NCBI RefSeq assembly: GCF_006345805.1 | Contig: NC_043004.1 | Span: 89,156,001-89,220,000 of the forward strand | Direction of reading: 5' to 3' | Length of the DNA: 64,000 bases | DNA from: Octopus sinensis | Lineage: Eukaryota | In this document: positions 1 to 13,267 of the stretch, one piece after another | Position numbering within the stretch: the first letter of the stretch is position 1 | Layout: every line of letters begins with the position of its first letter | Translations under genes and position numbers: made by a program | The notes under the pieces: model-generated | The model's database searches: none | Told to the model about the DNA's origin: nothing | Seen by the model: the letters and a program-made list of their open reading frames with translations, nothing else

Positions 1-83
1 TTACAAATAAGTTTGATTTGTTCGACTAAAGGTAGTGCTCCAGCATGGCTGCAGTCAAATGACTGAAACAAATAAAAGAATTT

Positions 84-109
84 ATAGATAGATAGACAGA
101 CAGACAGAC

Positions 110-184
<75 letters not shown>

Positions 185-423
185 TACACACATATGTATG
201 ATATATGTACATATAATGATATGTATTATATATATATATATATATTATATAATATATATATAATGTATATGTGTGTGTATATATATATATTATATATATA
301 TATACACACACATATACATTATATATATATTATATATATATATATAATATATATATATATATATAATGTATATGTGTGTGTATATTATATATATATATAT
401 ATATTATAATGTATATGTGTGTA

Positions 424-473
<50 letters not shown>

Positions 474-480
474 TATTAAA
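84..480. repeat. (GATA)n / (TA)n microsatellite block following a SINE tail (1-80)
   Basis: Directly visible simple repeats. Confidence 0.95.
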
Positions 481-1287
481 CATATAAATATATAAAGATA
501 CACACACACACCACATACAAACCTCTTCTCATTCTGAAATAGAAGTTAGTTAAGCAAACACTAGAAATGTCTTATGACCATATTGTTGAACTCACATATT
601 TAATGTTGTAGGTGGACACTGTAGGAAGTAGAATGATTGATTCGCTTACACCAAAGGTGGATGTATCAACCTCATTTGTATTTAAAAGTAGTGTTTTTAC
701 AGCTATTTATTTTTTTTCTTTTATCTACATTTAAATTTTGAACCTGTTGTGTATGTCTTCTTTTGAATGTATTCACTATTAACCCTACATAGATTTTTTT
801 TTTTAAAGATTCAGAGATCATTATAGCAGCAACACAAGGCATAGGGAAAAGTTACAGAAGATTTACAACCCAATTCAATTGTTTTTTTTTTTCACAATTC
901 TATATTTGTAAGACAAGGAATTTATATTCTGCACACTGATTATATTAGCTGAACTGGAGTCCTGATCTTCATTGTTGACTTCACTATGTTTCAGCTGTTG
1001 TACTCCAGCCTTCTTTGGGTGTCTCGTGTTGCACTTGGTTGTTGTATTGGAATTTCAAACCTAAACCTTTATTTGATCCATGGGGGTATACTGTTCTCAT
1101 TCCGCTCTCTGAATTTTATGACTTATCTTACTTCAGTGGATTTTTTGTGATTCACCTTACTGCCTTGCCTAGGATTGAGCTCAGAACTACTAGGTAACTG
1201 CACTGCATTAACCAACATCTTTATCTACTAAGCTATGCCTATAGGCATAACTGGATTTTTGTTTCTTGTCTTTTAGTTAGTGAAAAT

Positions 1288-1625
1288 GCATGGCTCAGTG
1301 GTTAGAGTATTGGGTCCATAATCATGAGGTTATGAGTTCAATTCCCGCACCGGGCCGTATGTTGTGTTCTTGAGCAAGACACTTTATTTCATGTTGTTCC
1401 AGTTCACTCAGCTGTAGAAATAAGATGCAATGTCACTGGTGCCAAGCTGTATTGGCCTTTGCCTTTCCCTTGGATAACATTTGTGGCATGGAGAGGGGAG
1501 GTTGGTATGCATAGGCAACTGCTAGACTTCCATAAACAACCTTGCCCAGATTTATGCCTCAGAGGGGAACTTTCTAGGTGCAATCCCAAGGTCATTCATG
1601 ACTGAAGGGGGTTTCACTCTTACCC
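1288..1625 (+). mobile_element. tRNA-derived SINE, family 2
   Basis: A-box-like TGGCTCAGTGGTTAG and B-box-like GAGTTCAATTCC; related heads at 36490-36610 (-) and 50757-50805. Confidence 0.7.
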
Positions 1626-2221
1626 TTTACCCTCTTAGTTAGGGACGAAGTTAGTGCCCATGACTTTTGACAAAGCTTTCAGGAATGACAAGGAAGAGAA
1701 AGTTATCTTCAAACCAGAGTCCAAACCAAAATACTTGCAACAAAATGGACTTTACTAAAGGCACCCACGGGACCAGGTGGAGGTGTTAAACCAGGCATTT
1801 GAACTCAGAATGCAGAAAGCCAGGACAAATACTGTTTGGCGTGGTTCCAAGGTAGTTACAGTTCCAGGAATGCACTACCCCAGATTGGTACTTTTTTCAT
1901 CAACCACAAAGGATATAAAGTTAAAGTTGACCTTGGTGGTGTTTGAACTCAGATCATATAGATTCGGATCAAATACCATAAGGCAATCTATCCAATACTC
2001 TAATAACTCATTTCACTGCAAACCTTTTAACTACTCATCCGTACCTATCATGTAAATAGTATTGTCCTAGCATGGATTGCACTTGAACTCAACAATATTT
2101 GATGAGTGATTATGGCAGAACTATATTCTGACCCTGAAGAGGAAACTAGTCATATGATGTAGATTTAGCCACTCCTCCCCAACCACACAGATGCACACAC
2201 ATTCATTCAATATATATATAT

Positions 2222-2640
2222 AGGCATAGGAGTGGCTGTGTGGTAAGTAGCTTGCTTACCAACCACATGGTTCCGAGTTCGGTCCCACTGCGTGGCACCT
2301 TGGGCAAGTGTCTTCTACTATAGCCTCAGGCCAACCAAAGCCTTGTGAGTGGATTTGGTAGATGGAAACTGAAAGAAGCCCGTCACATATATATATATAT
2401 ATTATATATATATATGCGTGTGTGTGTTTGTGTGTCTGTGTTTGTCCCCCTAGCATTGCTTGACAACTGATGCTGGTGTGTTTATGTCCCCGTTACTTAG
2501 CAGTTCAGCAAAAGAGACCGATAGAATAAGTACTGGGCTTACAAAAGAATAAGTCCCAGGGTCAAGTTGCTCGATTAAAGGCAGTGCTCCAGCATGGCCA
2601 CAGTCAAATGACTGAAACAAGTAAAAGAGAGTAAAAGAGT
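2222..2640 (+). mobile_element. Major tRNA-derived SINE, family 1, with internal (TA)n(TG)n tract
   Basis: Head GGAGTGGCTGTGTGGTAAG...GAGTTCGGTCCC, tail ...GTCAAATGACTGAAACAAGTAAAAGAG; many homologous copies in the window. Confidence 0.9.
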
Positions 2641-2664
2641 ATATATTATATATATATATATATA

Positions 2665-3450
2665 ACAGAAAAGAGGAATGGGTGGGGATTATATATGTGT
2701 ACAGACAGAGACAAGTTTCAAAAACCTTGTTTAGTAGGGAATTTATGTACAATGATGTAATCATGAATTGAAATATGTAAAAAGATAAAAGTTGGTTATG
2801 CATGCATATTAAGACGTGTTTTGTATTTTTCAATGTAAAAAGTTTCTTTATTTAAACATTCTAGTTGAGAGATTTCGTCTTTGCACTGGTAGAAAGGGAA
2901 GACTGTGAAATGTGGTTTGATGTTACCTGCACATTTTTCTATATGTTCACTGAGAAGAATTTGTCTGTATTGCGGGAAACGGATTTGCTCTTTATGTAGA
3001 GTGGTTCTCTTTCTCAAGGTCATACTCGTTTGTCCAATATAGTGGTGTCCGCAACCCGAGCAGGTTATTACATAAATTAGGTTCTCAGAGGTACAAGTGA
3101 AACTAGTTTTAATTGTGAACCTCTGTCCTTGTTTGAAAAGAAATCTGAGACTTCAAGCATGTTGGGGCAGGTTCCACAGTTTGGGCGTCCACATTTTTCA
3201 ACAGTTGGTTTTGTGGTTTTTTTGTAAAGCTTCGCATTTATAAGTAGTCTCTTTAGCGATTTGTCTTGTTTTTTGCATTTGATGAGTTTGTGAATTTTCA
3301 GGATGTCATTCATTTTTGGATCTCTAGTTAGTAAAGGAAGAGTTTGCACAATAGTGTTGAATGCCTCACTGTTTCTGGGGTTGTGTGTTGATATAAATAG
3401 TAATGTTTTGAGTTGAGGTGTGGTGTTATGTTTTTTTGTTCTTAGTGTTT
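2665..3450 (-). mobile_element. Penelope-like element, 3' fragment with degenerate GIY-YIG endonuclease
   Basis: Minus-strand translation gives CGRPNCGTC, then NLIYVITCSGCGHHYIGQTSMTLRKR; frameshifted; ends at (TA)n. Confidence 0.85.
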
Positions 3451-3672
3451 TTGTGTGAAGTTGTATAGTATCCATCATCCTAATAAAATTACTTTTTAAT
3501 TTTGATATGGAATGAAGTTCATTTGATATACTGATCAATAAATTTTTATTGATCAATAATCATATCCTTTGAATTATTTTATATAATCTATGTATATTCT
3601 AGAAGCTTAGTTAACCAGCTTTTTTACCACAATCAACTTGCTCTAAGTATAGTGATATATATATATATATAT

Positions 3673-5496
3673 CGTGATGTGGTAGGAGAGAAGTGTGTTC
3701 GCATGGATGATGGTTCACTTGCGCTAAATGAGGATGCAAAGAGAGAGGTTTGGAGATGCCACTATGAAAGGTTGCTGAATAAAGAAAATGAATGGGATAA
3801 AGAGAGTCTGCCGAATGTTGACCCAACAGAGGGACCAGCTATCCGAGTTGATAGTTCCGTGGTAGCTAAGGCAATTAGAAGCATGAAGACAGGGAAAGCC
3901 CCAGGCCCATCAGGAATTACTGCAGAGATGCTCAAAATATCTGGCAGTGTTGGCTATAACCTAGTCACCCGTATAGTCAACCAGGTGATACACGAAGGAG
4001 TCATACCCAATGACTGGTGTAGCAGCATACTAGTCAACTGCTACAAAGGTAAAGGGATGATGCCCTGGATACAAATAATTACAGAGGTATCAAGCTGTGG
4101 GATCAGGTAATGAAGGTTACAGAGAGGGTCATAGCCAAACTAATTAGAGAGAGAGTTAGTTTAGATGAGATGCAGTTTGGGTTTGTCCCAGAGAAAAGCA
4201 CCACTGATGCTATATTCCTGGTAAGGCAGCTGCAGGAGAAATACCTAGCCAAAGATAAGCCCCTGTACCTGGCTTTCGTTGACATGGAGAAAGCCTTTGA
4301 TAGGGTCCCCCGATCCCTCATCTGGTGGTCAATGAGGAAACTAGGGATAGATGAATGGCTGGTGAGGGCTGTGCAAGCCATGTACAGAGATGCCGTAAGT
4401 AAGGTTAGAGTTGGCAACATGTACACAGAAGAATTCAAAGTAGAGGTTGGGGTCCACCAGGGTTCAGTACTCAACCCCTCCTATTTATCATAGTCCTCCA
4501 GGCAATTGTGGAGGAATTCAAGACAGGTTGCCCCTGGGAGCTCCTCTATGCTGACGACCTCGCTCTAATTGCTGAGTCACTATCAGAACTGGAGGAGAAG
4601 TTCCAGGTGTGGAAGGAGGGTTTAGAATCGAGGGGCCTTAGAGTCAACCTAGCTAAAACCAAAGTACTAATAAGTAGAAAGGTAGAAAATCCACAAATAT
4701 CCTCAGGAAGATGGCCCTGCTCGATCTGTAGAAAAGGTGTAGGTAGAAACTCTATAAGATGTACCCAGTGTAAGCTATGGACACATAAGAGGTGCAGCAA
4801 TGTCAAAGGTAGGCTAACTGGGAAGATAGTTTTTGTATGTGGCAGATGCTCTGGACCATTGACCTCCGAAAATCTGCAGAAAACAACTTCCGTCACTTTC
4901 CAGGGGGAAAAACTAGAAGTAGTTGATAGCTTCCGCTATCTAGGTGACCAAGTCAGTAGTGGGGGTGGGTGCGCTGAAAGTGTAACTGCTAGAATAAGAA
5001 TAGCCTGGGCAAAGTTTAGGGAGCTCTTACCTCTGCTGGTGACTAAAGGCCTCTCGCTCAGAGTAAAAGGCAGACTGTATGATGCATGTGTACGAACAAC
5101 TATGCTACATGGCAGTGAAACATGGGCCGTGACTGCTGAGGACATGCGTAAGCTCGTGAGGAACGAAGCCAGTATGCTCCGATGGATGTGTAATGTCAGT
5201 GTACTTACTCGACAGAGCGTTAGTACCTTGAGAGAAATGTTGTACCTAAGAAGCATCAGTTGTGGTGTGCAAGAGAGACGATTGCGCTGGTGGTCATGTG
5301 GCGAGAATGGATGAAGATAGGTGTGTGAGAAAGTGCCAATCCCTAGCAGTTGAGGAACCCGTGGAAGAGGTCGACCCAGGAAAACCTGGACGAGGTGGTG
5401 AAGCACGACCTTCGGACGTTAGGTCTCACCATGGAAATGTCTAGAGACCGAGACCTATGGAAGTATGCTGTGCGTGAGAAGACCCGGCAAGACTAG
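3673..5496 (+). pseudogene. RTE reverse transcriptase ORF (frameshifted) with embedded PHD-like Cys/His finger
   Basis: ORFs 3652-4110, 4110-4493 and 4508-5314 are collinear RT pieces; terminal TAG at 5494-5496. Confidence 0.9.
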
Positions 5497-5694
5497 TGAA
5501 GCCATAATCCGTGGCCCCTACCTGGGACGTAGTCAGTCCACCTGTGCATACCTTCCTTCTTGTGACACTTGTGAAGACCTGTTGAGGCAAGTGAGAATCA
5601 AATCGAATCAAATCAAATCAAATTGAACCAAATCAAAATAGATGAACATCAATGGAATTTGTATCCTTGTGGTACCAGTGCCGGTGGCACTTAA

Positions 5695-5955
5695 GAAAAC
5701 CATCCGAACGTGACCGTAGCCAGTACCGCAATGACTGGCCTCCATGCTGAGGGCACGTAACAAACACCATCCGAGCGTGGCCGTCCGCCAGCCTCGTCTG
5801 GCACCTGTGTCGGTGACACATAAGAAAACACCATCCGAGCATGGCCGTCAGCCAGCCTCGTCTGGCACCTGTGTCGGTGGCACATAAAAAACACCATCCG
5901 AGTGTGGCCGTCTGCCAGCCTCGTCTGGCACCTGTGTCGGTGGCACATAAAATCA
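5695..5955 (+). repeat. ~60-bp tandem array (about 4 units) in the RTE 3' UTR
   Basis: Unit AAACACCATCCGAGCGTGGCCGTCCGCCAGCCTCGTCTGGCACCTGTGTCGGTGGCACAT. Confidence 0.9.
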
Positions 5956-6138
5956 CCCACTACACTCTCGGAGTGGTTGGCGTTAGGAAGGGCATCCAGC
6001 TGTAGAAACACTGCCAGATCTGACTGGCCTGGTGCAGCCTTCGGGTTTGCCAGACCCCAGTTGAACCGTCCAACCCATGCTAGCATGGAAAGCGGACGTT
6101 AAACGATGATGATGATGATGATGATGATGATAATGATA

Positions 6139-6450
6139 TATGAGGGTGAGTCAAAAAGTAATGCCATTTTGTTTAGGACAGGTATAATTACCAACACAGG
6201 AACATGTATCATACACCAAAATGAAGCTGGTCCTCTGTGGATCACATCCCTGCTTCTCAACATAGTCACCGTTTCTCTCAATAGCAATGTTCCACATTCG
6301 AATGAGAGCATATATCCCTGCCCCATAAAATTCTGTTGACTGTTCTTTGAGCCAAGTCTTTACTGCAGTTTTCACTTCCTCGTCACTTGAATAATGCTTG
6401 CCTCTCAAACCCTCTTTCATGGGGCCAAAGTGATGATAGTCTGAAGACCT
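6139..6450 (-). mobile_element. mariner transposase C-terminal fragment with one TIR
   Basis: SSDYHHFGPMKEGLRGKHYSSDEEVK...GDYVEK; terminus TA-TGAGGGTGAGTCAAAAAGT. Confidence 0.85.
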
Positions 6451-6454
6451 GGTA

Positions 6455-6507
<53 letters not shown>

Positions 6508-6522
6508 ATTATTATTATTCAT

Positions 6523-6911
6523 ATAGGCATAGGAGTGGCTGTGTGGTAAGTAATTTGCTTACCAACCACATGGTTCATGGTTCAGTCCCATTGCATGGCA
6601 CATTGGACAAGTGTCTTCTACTATAGCCTCAGGCCGACCAAAGCCTTGTGAGTGGATTTAGTAGACAGAAACTGTATGTGTGTGTGTGTGTGTGTGTGTT
6701 TGTATACCTGTGTTTGTCCCCCCAACATTGCTTGACAACCGATGCTAGTATGTTTACGTCCCCGTAACTTAGCAGTTCAGCAAAAGAGACCAATAGAATA
6801 AGTACTAGGCTTACAAAGAATAAGTCCTGGGATTGACTTGCTCGACTAAAGGCAGTGCTCCAGCATGGCCACAATAATAAAATGACTGAAAGAAGTAAAA
6901 GAGTGAAAGAG
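6523..6911 (+). mobile_element. SINE family 1 copy
   Basis: Homologous to 2222-2640. Confidence 0.9.
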
Positions 6912-6914
6912 TAT

Positions 6915-7115
6915 TCAGGCAGAGAGCTGGAATTGTTAGCAAAATGCTGAATGATATTTCATCCGTTGTAACTTTCTGAGTTCAAATTCCGCCAAGGTCA
7001 ACTTTGCCTTTGATCCTCTAAAGGTTGATAAATTAAGTACTAGCGATACACTGGGATCGATGTAATTGATTTGCCCTCTCCCGCCAAATTTCAGGTTTTG
7101 TACCTATAGGAGAAA
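6915..7115 (+). mobile_element. Short SINE, family 3
   Basis: B-box-like GAGTTCAAATTCC; homologous to 62152-62410 (+) and 15455-15670 (-). Confidence 0.7.
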
Positions 7116-7117
7116 GT

Positions 7118-7192
<75 letters not shown>

Positions 7193-7309
7193 CAGCAGCA
7201 GCAGCATATCCCTTACCTCACTATAGTTACATAAACTAAAAACTCACACTGCTATTTCCTGTCTACTTCACAATAAACTAGACACTGCAGCACTTCTGTT
7301 TTCACTGAC

Positions 7310-7361
7310 ATACATTTATAAACACATACACAGATATATATATATGTATATATATATGTAT

Positions 7362-7424
<63 letters not shown>

Positions 7425-7685
7425 TATATATACACTACACATATATATAATATATATATATATATACATACATATATATATATATACATACACATATAAA
7501 TATATATATGTTTACACACATATAAATATATACATATATACACATATAAATATATATATATATATATTATATATACATACACATATATCTACATATATAC
7601 ATTTATATATATTTATACACACACACGAATAATATATGTGTACACATATATTATCTATATATAATATATATAATATATTGTATGC

Positions 7686-7729
<44 letters not shown>

Positions 7730-7756
7730 CACATATATATATAACATATATGTAGT

Positions 7757-7822
<66 letters not shown>

Positions 7823-7938
7823 TCTAATATATATAATATATATATATATATATACATGGTGTGTATATATATGTACATATATATATACATGCACACACGC
7901 ATACATATATACATATATAGAAATATATGCATGCATGA

Positions 7939-7971
<33 letters not shown>

Positions 7972-8055
7972 CTCATACGCACACATAAATACATATATAC
8001 ATATACACACACATATACACACAGAAACACGTGCACACACACACATGCACACACA
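7310..8055. repeat. (TA)n/(CA)n compound microsatellite
   Basis: Direct. Confidence 0.95.
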
Positions 8056-8239
8056 AACCTACGAACCTAAAGTGTTTTGAGTCAACATCACGGTTAAATG
8101 GCAAAGAATCTCCTTGAGTTGGTGTTTGACGGCCTCAAAAACAGTCTATTCTAGTTCCAAAATTAGGCCACATGTTGTAAACACTTACATTGCTTTGTAA
8201 CTAGTAATGCAAAGGAGAGTGGATGGGCAAGAAGTGAGG

Positions 8240-8650
8240 TTGTTGTGACAATTGCTGTTGTTGTTATTGTAGTTATTTGTCGTAATAGTGGTGGTGGTAG
8301 TGGTGGTTCCAGTGGTGATAGTGGTGATGGTAGTAGTAGTAGTAACAGCAGCAGCGGTGGGGCTAGTAGTAGTGGTGGTGGTTGTGGTGGCTGCAGCGAC
8401 GATGGTGGTGATGGTGATGGTGGTGGTGGTGGTTGTGGTGGTGGTGGTGGTGGCAGTGATGGTGATGGTAGTAGTAGTAGTACCAGCAGCTGTGATAGTA
8501 GCAGTAGCCGCAGCAGCAGTGACGGTGGTGGTAGTTGTGGTGGTGGTGGAGGTGGTGTGGGTGGTGGTGGTGGTGGTGGTAGTGGTGGTGGTCATAATAG
8601 TAGTAGTAATGTTAGTATGGTATTGGTGGTAGTGTTGATAGTTTTGGTGG
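8240..8650. repeat. (GGT/AGT/AGC)n degenerate trinucleotide tract
   Basis: Direct; source of the poly-V/T/G ORFs. Confidence 0.9.
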
Positions 8651-8834
8651 CATAAATGTTGTTGTCCCTTGGCATCCCTGCCATAACCTACCACCATATA
8701 TCAGGCCCCGAACCCAAGTTAATTTCTGGTCAAACAGAATTTAACACCAAGACTGTTTCAGCCATGACCATCCTGCATGAACTATGTTGTCAAATATGTC
8801 CGTCTTTCGCTTTTTGATTTTTTTACTGCATTTG

Positions 8835-9185
8835 CCTTTTATTTGTTTCAGTCATTAGATTGTGGCCATGCTGGGGCAACATCTTGAAGAATTTTGGTTA
8901 AGCAAATCAATCTCAGTACTTAGCATTTTTAAGCCTGGTATGTATTTTCTGTCTCTTTTGCTTAACTGCTACAGTACCAGTTTTCAAGCAGTGATTGGAG
9001 ATAAGCATAGACTCAAAGACACACATGCATAGATATATTCACATATATGGCACGCTTCATTCTGTTTCAGTCTACCAAATCCACTCATAAAGCTTTGGTT
9101 GGCTCAAGGCTACAGTATGAGACTCGTCCAAGCTGCCATACAGTGGGACTGAACCCAGAACAAACTTTTTGAAACACAGTCAGGC
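8835..9185 (-). mobile_element. SINE family 1 copy, old
   Basis: Reverse-complement homology to 2222-2640. Confidence 0.75.
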
Positions 9186-9544
9186 CTTATTTTTATAACA
9201 GTAGGGTTTGATCTGAGGAAGATTTGGCTGCAATTTCTAGGACTAAACAATGTTGCTGAATATGTCCTTCCAGTGTATTTTCAGTTTTTGTTGTGTTTTT
9301 TTTTTCAGACAGTGGGGTTTCATTTCAGAAAGATTTGGTTGCTATTTCTAGCAGGTTGAGCAACCACATACACAGAAGCATCTTCAGTAATGAAGAAGAA
9401 GGTGGGTCAAAAATAGATGTTCAAATATATGCCCCTACTTTTTGACTTTTGATACCACAGTTATCTAATCTCTGATCAATTGAATGTTTGATAAAAAAAA
9501 AATTCAATGAATCTGTTTTTGTTGTTCTTCTATAAATCAAATAG

Positions 9545-9585
<41 letters not shown>

Positions 9586-9844
9586 TGTGTATGTGTGTGT
9601 GTGTGTGTTTATTGAGAAGAAGGAAGCAGTCAGAATTTTGGATAATTCTTTATTAATGCTTTTGTTCGTTTATCAAACTTGTCAAGACAAAATCAAAATG
9701 ACTGCCCCCTTTTTCTCAATATACAATATCTATACACCACTTCAAACACTCTTTACACACACACACATACATATATCGAGATCTCTGGAGATATACTGTG
9801 ACCGCGAAAACCCGACAAATAACGTGAGTTCATGGCTGTTTCCT

Positions 9845-10210
9845 GCACCAGTTTCACATAGCAGCCCCAGCCCATCCAAAGCACCTTGGATTGCAGAACA
9901 GCCTGCTGAGCTTACATTGGATCATAGGGTGACCTGCTGTGCTTGAGGAGACCTATTGAGTCAAGTACATCAACATCAAAATAAAAAATCAAATGGAAAT
10001 TGTAGTTGTGATACTTGTGCTGGTGGCATGTAAAAAGCATCCACTACACTCACGGAGTGGTTGGCATAGTTAGGAAGGGCATCCAGCTGTAGAAACACTG
10101 CCAGATCAGACTGGAGCCTGGTGAAGCTTCCTGGCTTCCCAGACCCCGGTCGAACCGTCCAACCCATGCTAGCATGGATAACGGATGTTAAACAATGATG
10201 ATGATGATGA
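9845..10210 (+). mobile_element. RTE 3'-tail fragment
   Basis: Homologous to 5950-6131, including the (GAT)n tail. Confidence 0.85.
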
Positions 10211-10711
10211 TATATTTATATATATATATATATATATATATGGTAGTTGTCTGCTCTTTATGCAGAGTTTGACCACTTCCTGTACCTACACTTTAGATCC
10301 ATCATGGCATCTGATGTGGCTTTTAAACCAGACAATGTTTTGAAAAGACACCCACATAGATTGCATATCCGATTTGGACCACTAAGAGCTGCAGTTAAGT
10401 TCTGATCTTTGTGGATCTTAAAATGTTTTTTGAGGCTTCTGTTAGATTTGCAGACTTTCTAGATCATCTGAAAACACTTTATTGCATTAAGTTATAGAGA
10501 ACTAGTGTCCATAATGGTGAAACATATGTAGGAACTAGTAATGCAACCTTGACTATTGTAATTATCCTACATTTGCTCTGTACTTCATCACTAGTAATAT
10601 TACTAAGAATAGTAGTTGTTTACCCATTATACGGGAAGCAGACTAGACTATGATAATCTAGGTGGAACTAACAACAGCAGCCATACATCTGGTTATACAC
10701 ACAACATGCAC

Positions 10712-10931
10712 TACAAGAGGTGCTGAAAAGTTCCTGGCTTTGGGTAAAAGAAAATACAGAAAGGTCAGTTAATTATGATTTTATTGAACATATTCCCCTC
10801 TCAGATACACAAACTTATTGCAGTGGTCCTTCAGTTTTTCTAAGCTTTGTAAAAGAACTCAGAAAGTTGGGCCTCAAACCAAGCCTTTCGTGATACCCTC
10901 AAAGTCAGGAACTTTTCAGTACCCCCTTGTA
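10712..10931. mobile_element. mariner-type MITE
   Basis: TIRs TA-CAAGAGGTGCTGAAAAGTTCCTGGCTTT / AAAGTCAGGAACTTTTCAGTACCCCCTTG-TA. Confidence 0.85.
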
Positions 10932-10936
10932 TATAT

Positions 10937-10982
<46 letters not shown>

Positions 10983-10983
10983 T

Positions 10984-11112
10984 ATTGGATCATCCCATAA
11001 ATAATGCAGTTTTTTCAATAGCATGAACTATAAGTCAGAAGGGGATGGGATAAACTACCTGCATCAATTTGCTATAAAAGCAGTAATAATTTTACCTTGT
11101 GCTTATTCTTAG
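10984..11112 (+). mobile_element. Left end, with TIR, of the mariner family seen at 20548-21778
   Basis: TATTGGATCATCCCATAAATAATGC matches the reverse complement of 21750-21778; body matches 20550-20650. Confidence 0.85.
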
Positions 11113-11805
11113 TTTCTATCTACCAAATCCACTCACAAGGATTTGGTAAGCCTGAGACTATAATACAAAACACTTGGTCAAGACACCACACGGTGGAATT
11201 GAACCTGGAACCATGTGGTTGGGAAGCAAACTTCTTACCACAAAGCCATACCCTTTAAAATATACTCTTAAAATAACAAATTATAATTATCAAATAGAAT
11301 TATTATTCTCAAATCAAAATAACAAATTATAATTCTCAAATTGAATGGTCACAGCAAATTGCAGCAGATTTACTTCATTTTTGTCAGATGCTAATTAAAT
11401 AGAGTTGCCATTTTATTTCTGTCTCACTACATTAAACTCGTCATACAATGATTGAACTTAATTATTATATTTCTCGTAAATAAGATCGGTTGAACAAATC
11501 CGATTATTACTAATATCATATAGAGATTGTATATTGCTAACCATATTCATTAAATCATGTCGAGTTTTTTTAAAGATTTCAGAAATGTTTTATTGTGTAT
11601 ATCTTAGGCTGTAGACTGTAAAATGCAAAAGACATTAAGCAAAACCATAGCACAAATAACAAGTTTAAATTAATATAATCACATCTCTAATGTTAGAGCA
11701 CAAAATAAACAAAAATAATATTTACATTTTATTACAGTTTTGCAAACAAGAAAGACTATTTAACTTAGGCATTTTAGATGCTTAAGTAACACTGCTATAT
11801 GGTTG

Positions 11806-12000
11806 ATGGGGGTGCTGAAAAGTTCCTGGCTTTGGGTAAAAGAAAATACAAGAGGATCGGTTAATACCAACCACATGAATCCGGGTTCAGTCCCACTGTG
11901 TGGCACCTTGGGCAAGTGTCTTCTACTATAGCTTCGAGCCGACCAAAGCCTTGTGAGTGGATTTGGTAGATGGAAACTGAAAGAAGCCCGTCATTTATAT

Positions 12001-12032
<32 letters not shown>

Positions 12033-12358
12033 TTGTGTTTGTCCCCACCAACATTGCTTGACAACCGATGCTGGTATGTTTATGTCCCTGTAGCTTAGCG
12101 ATTTGGCAAAAGAGACCGATAGAATAAGTACTAGGCTTACAAAGAATAAGTCCCGGGGTTGATTTGTTCAACTATAAGCGGTACTCCAGCATGGCCGTGG
12201 TCAAATGACTGAAACAAGTAAAAGAGTAAAAAAGAAAAGAGAGCATATTCTCAGATTCACACAATTGTTGCAGTGGTCCTTTTCTAAGCCCTGTAAAAGA
12301 ATGTGGATGGCCTTTCATGATACCCTTAAAGCCAGAAAATTTTCAGCACCCCTTCGTA
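11806..12358. mobile_element. Second mariner MITE copy, interrupted by a SINE family 1 copy (11866-12240)
   Basis: Both MITE ends match 10712-10931; the SINE sits between them. Confidence 0.8.
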
Positions 12359-12594
12359 TCTTTTACTTTTTACTTGTTGCAGTCATTCAATTGTAGCCAC
12401 GCTTTTGAAAGGTTTAGGCAAGCAAGTTGACTCCAGGACATATTTTTTGCGCCTGATAAAATTTATTGGTCTGTTTGGCTGAACTGTTAAGTTACAAGGA
12501 GTTAAACAAACCAACACCCATTGTTAAGCAATGAAACAGATGACCAACACAAAGACGTATACACACAAATATATCATCACCAGCAACAGCAGCA

Positions 12595-12960
12595 AGTGGA
12601 GGCGCAATGGCCCAGTGGTTAGGGCAGCGGACTCATGGTCGGACGATTGCGGTTTTGATTCCCAGACTGGACGTTGTGTGTGTTTATTGAGCGAAAACAC
12701 CTAAAGCTCCACTAGGCTCCGGCAGTGGGTGGTGGCGACCCCTGTTGTACTCTTTCGCCCCAACTTTCTCTCACTCTTTCTTCCTGTTTCTTGTCCCCGA
12801 CATCCTACGCAACCACTGAGCCTGGATGCGCATTCATCCATCCGTCGATGCTCTCGGTGTCGGGGGTTGACTTGCTTTCTCTTCTGCGGGTCTTACAAAT
12901 ATCAAAGGACCACGTTTCGGACTTCTCCCATCTTGCGAGCTCTGGGACGAAGACCATTTG
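12595..12960 (+). mobile_element. tRNA-derived SINE, family 4
   Basis: Head GGCGCAATGGCCCAGTGGTTAGGGC...TTGATTCCC; second copy at 19478-19775. Confidence 0.8.
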
Positions 12961-13267
12961 CTCAGCAGCAACAGCAGCATTTAGTATCCATTTTCCATGC
13001 TAGCATGCGTGAGAGTTTGACTGGAACTGGTAAGCTTAAGAGTTGCACTTGACTCTAATCTGTTTTGGTTTGGTTTCAGCTGGATGCCTTCCTAATGCCA
13101 ACCACTCCACAGCATGTACTGGGTGCATTTTACATGTCACTGACATGACTGCCTTTTATGTGTCACCAGCACAGGTGCTTTTCACATGTCACCAGTACTG
13201 GTCACGATTAAAATTCCACTTAGCTTGACATGTCTTCTCAAGCACAGCAAATCAGCAAAAGTTTCAA

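Larger units (their letters stand above)
3673..6131 (+). mobile_element. RTE-clade LINE, 5'-truncated, with 3' UTR and (GAT)n tail
   Basis: RT motifs GKAPGPSGI, QFGF, FVDMEKAFD, GVHQGS, YADD, FRYLG; (GAT)n tail at 6105-6131. Confidence 0.95.

Noticed and set aside
610-880. Plus-strand exon candidates
   Set aside because: Short open frames with ambiguous donors and no recognisable peptide
2130-2156. Hammerhead-like CTGAAGA-G-GAAACTAGTC
   Set aside because: No stem II and no stem I pairing
8185-8697. Mucin-like or Gly-rich ORF
   Set aside because: Degenerate trinucleotide tract
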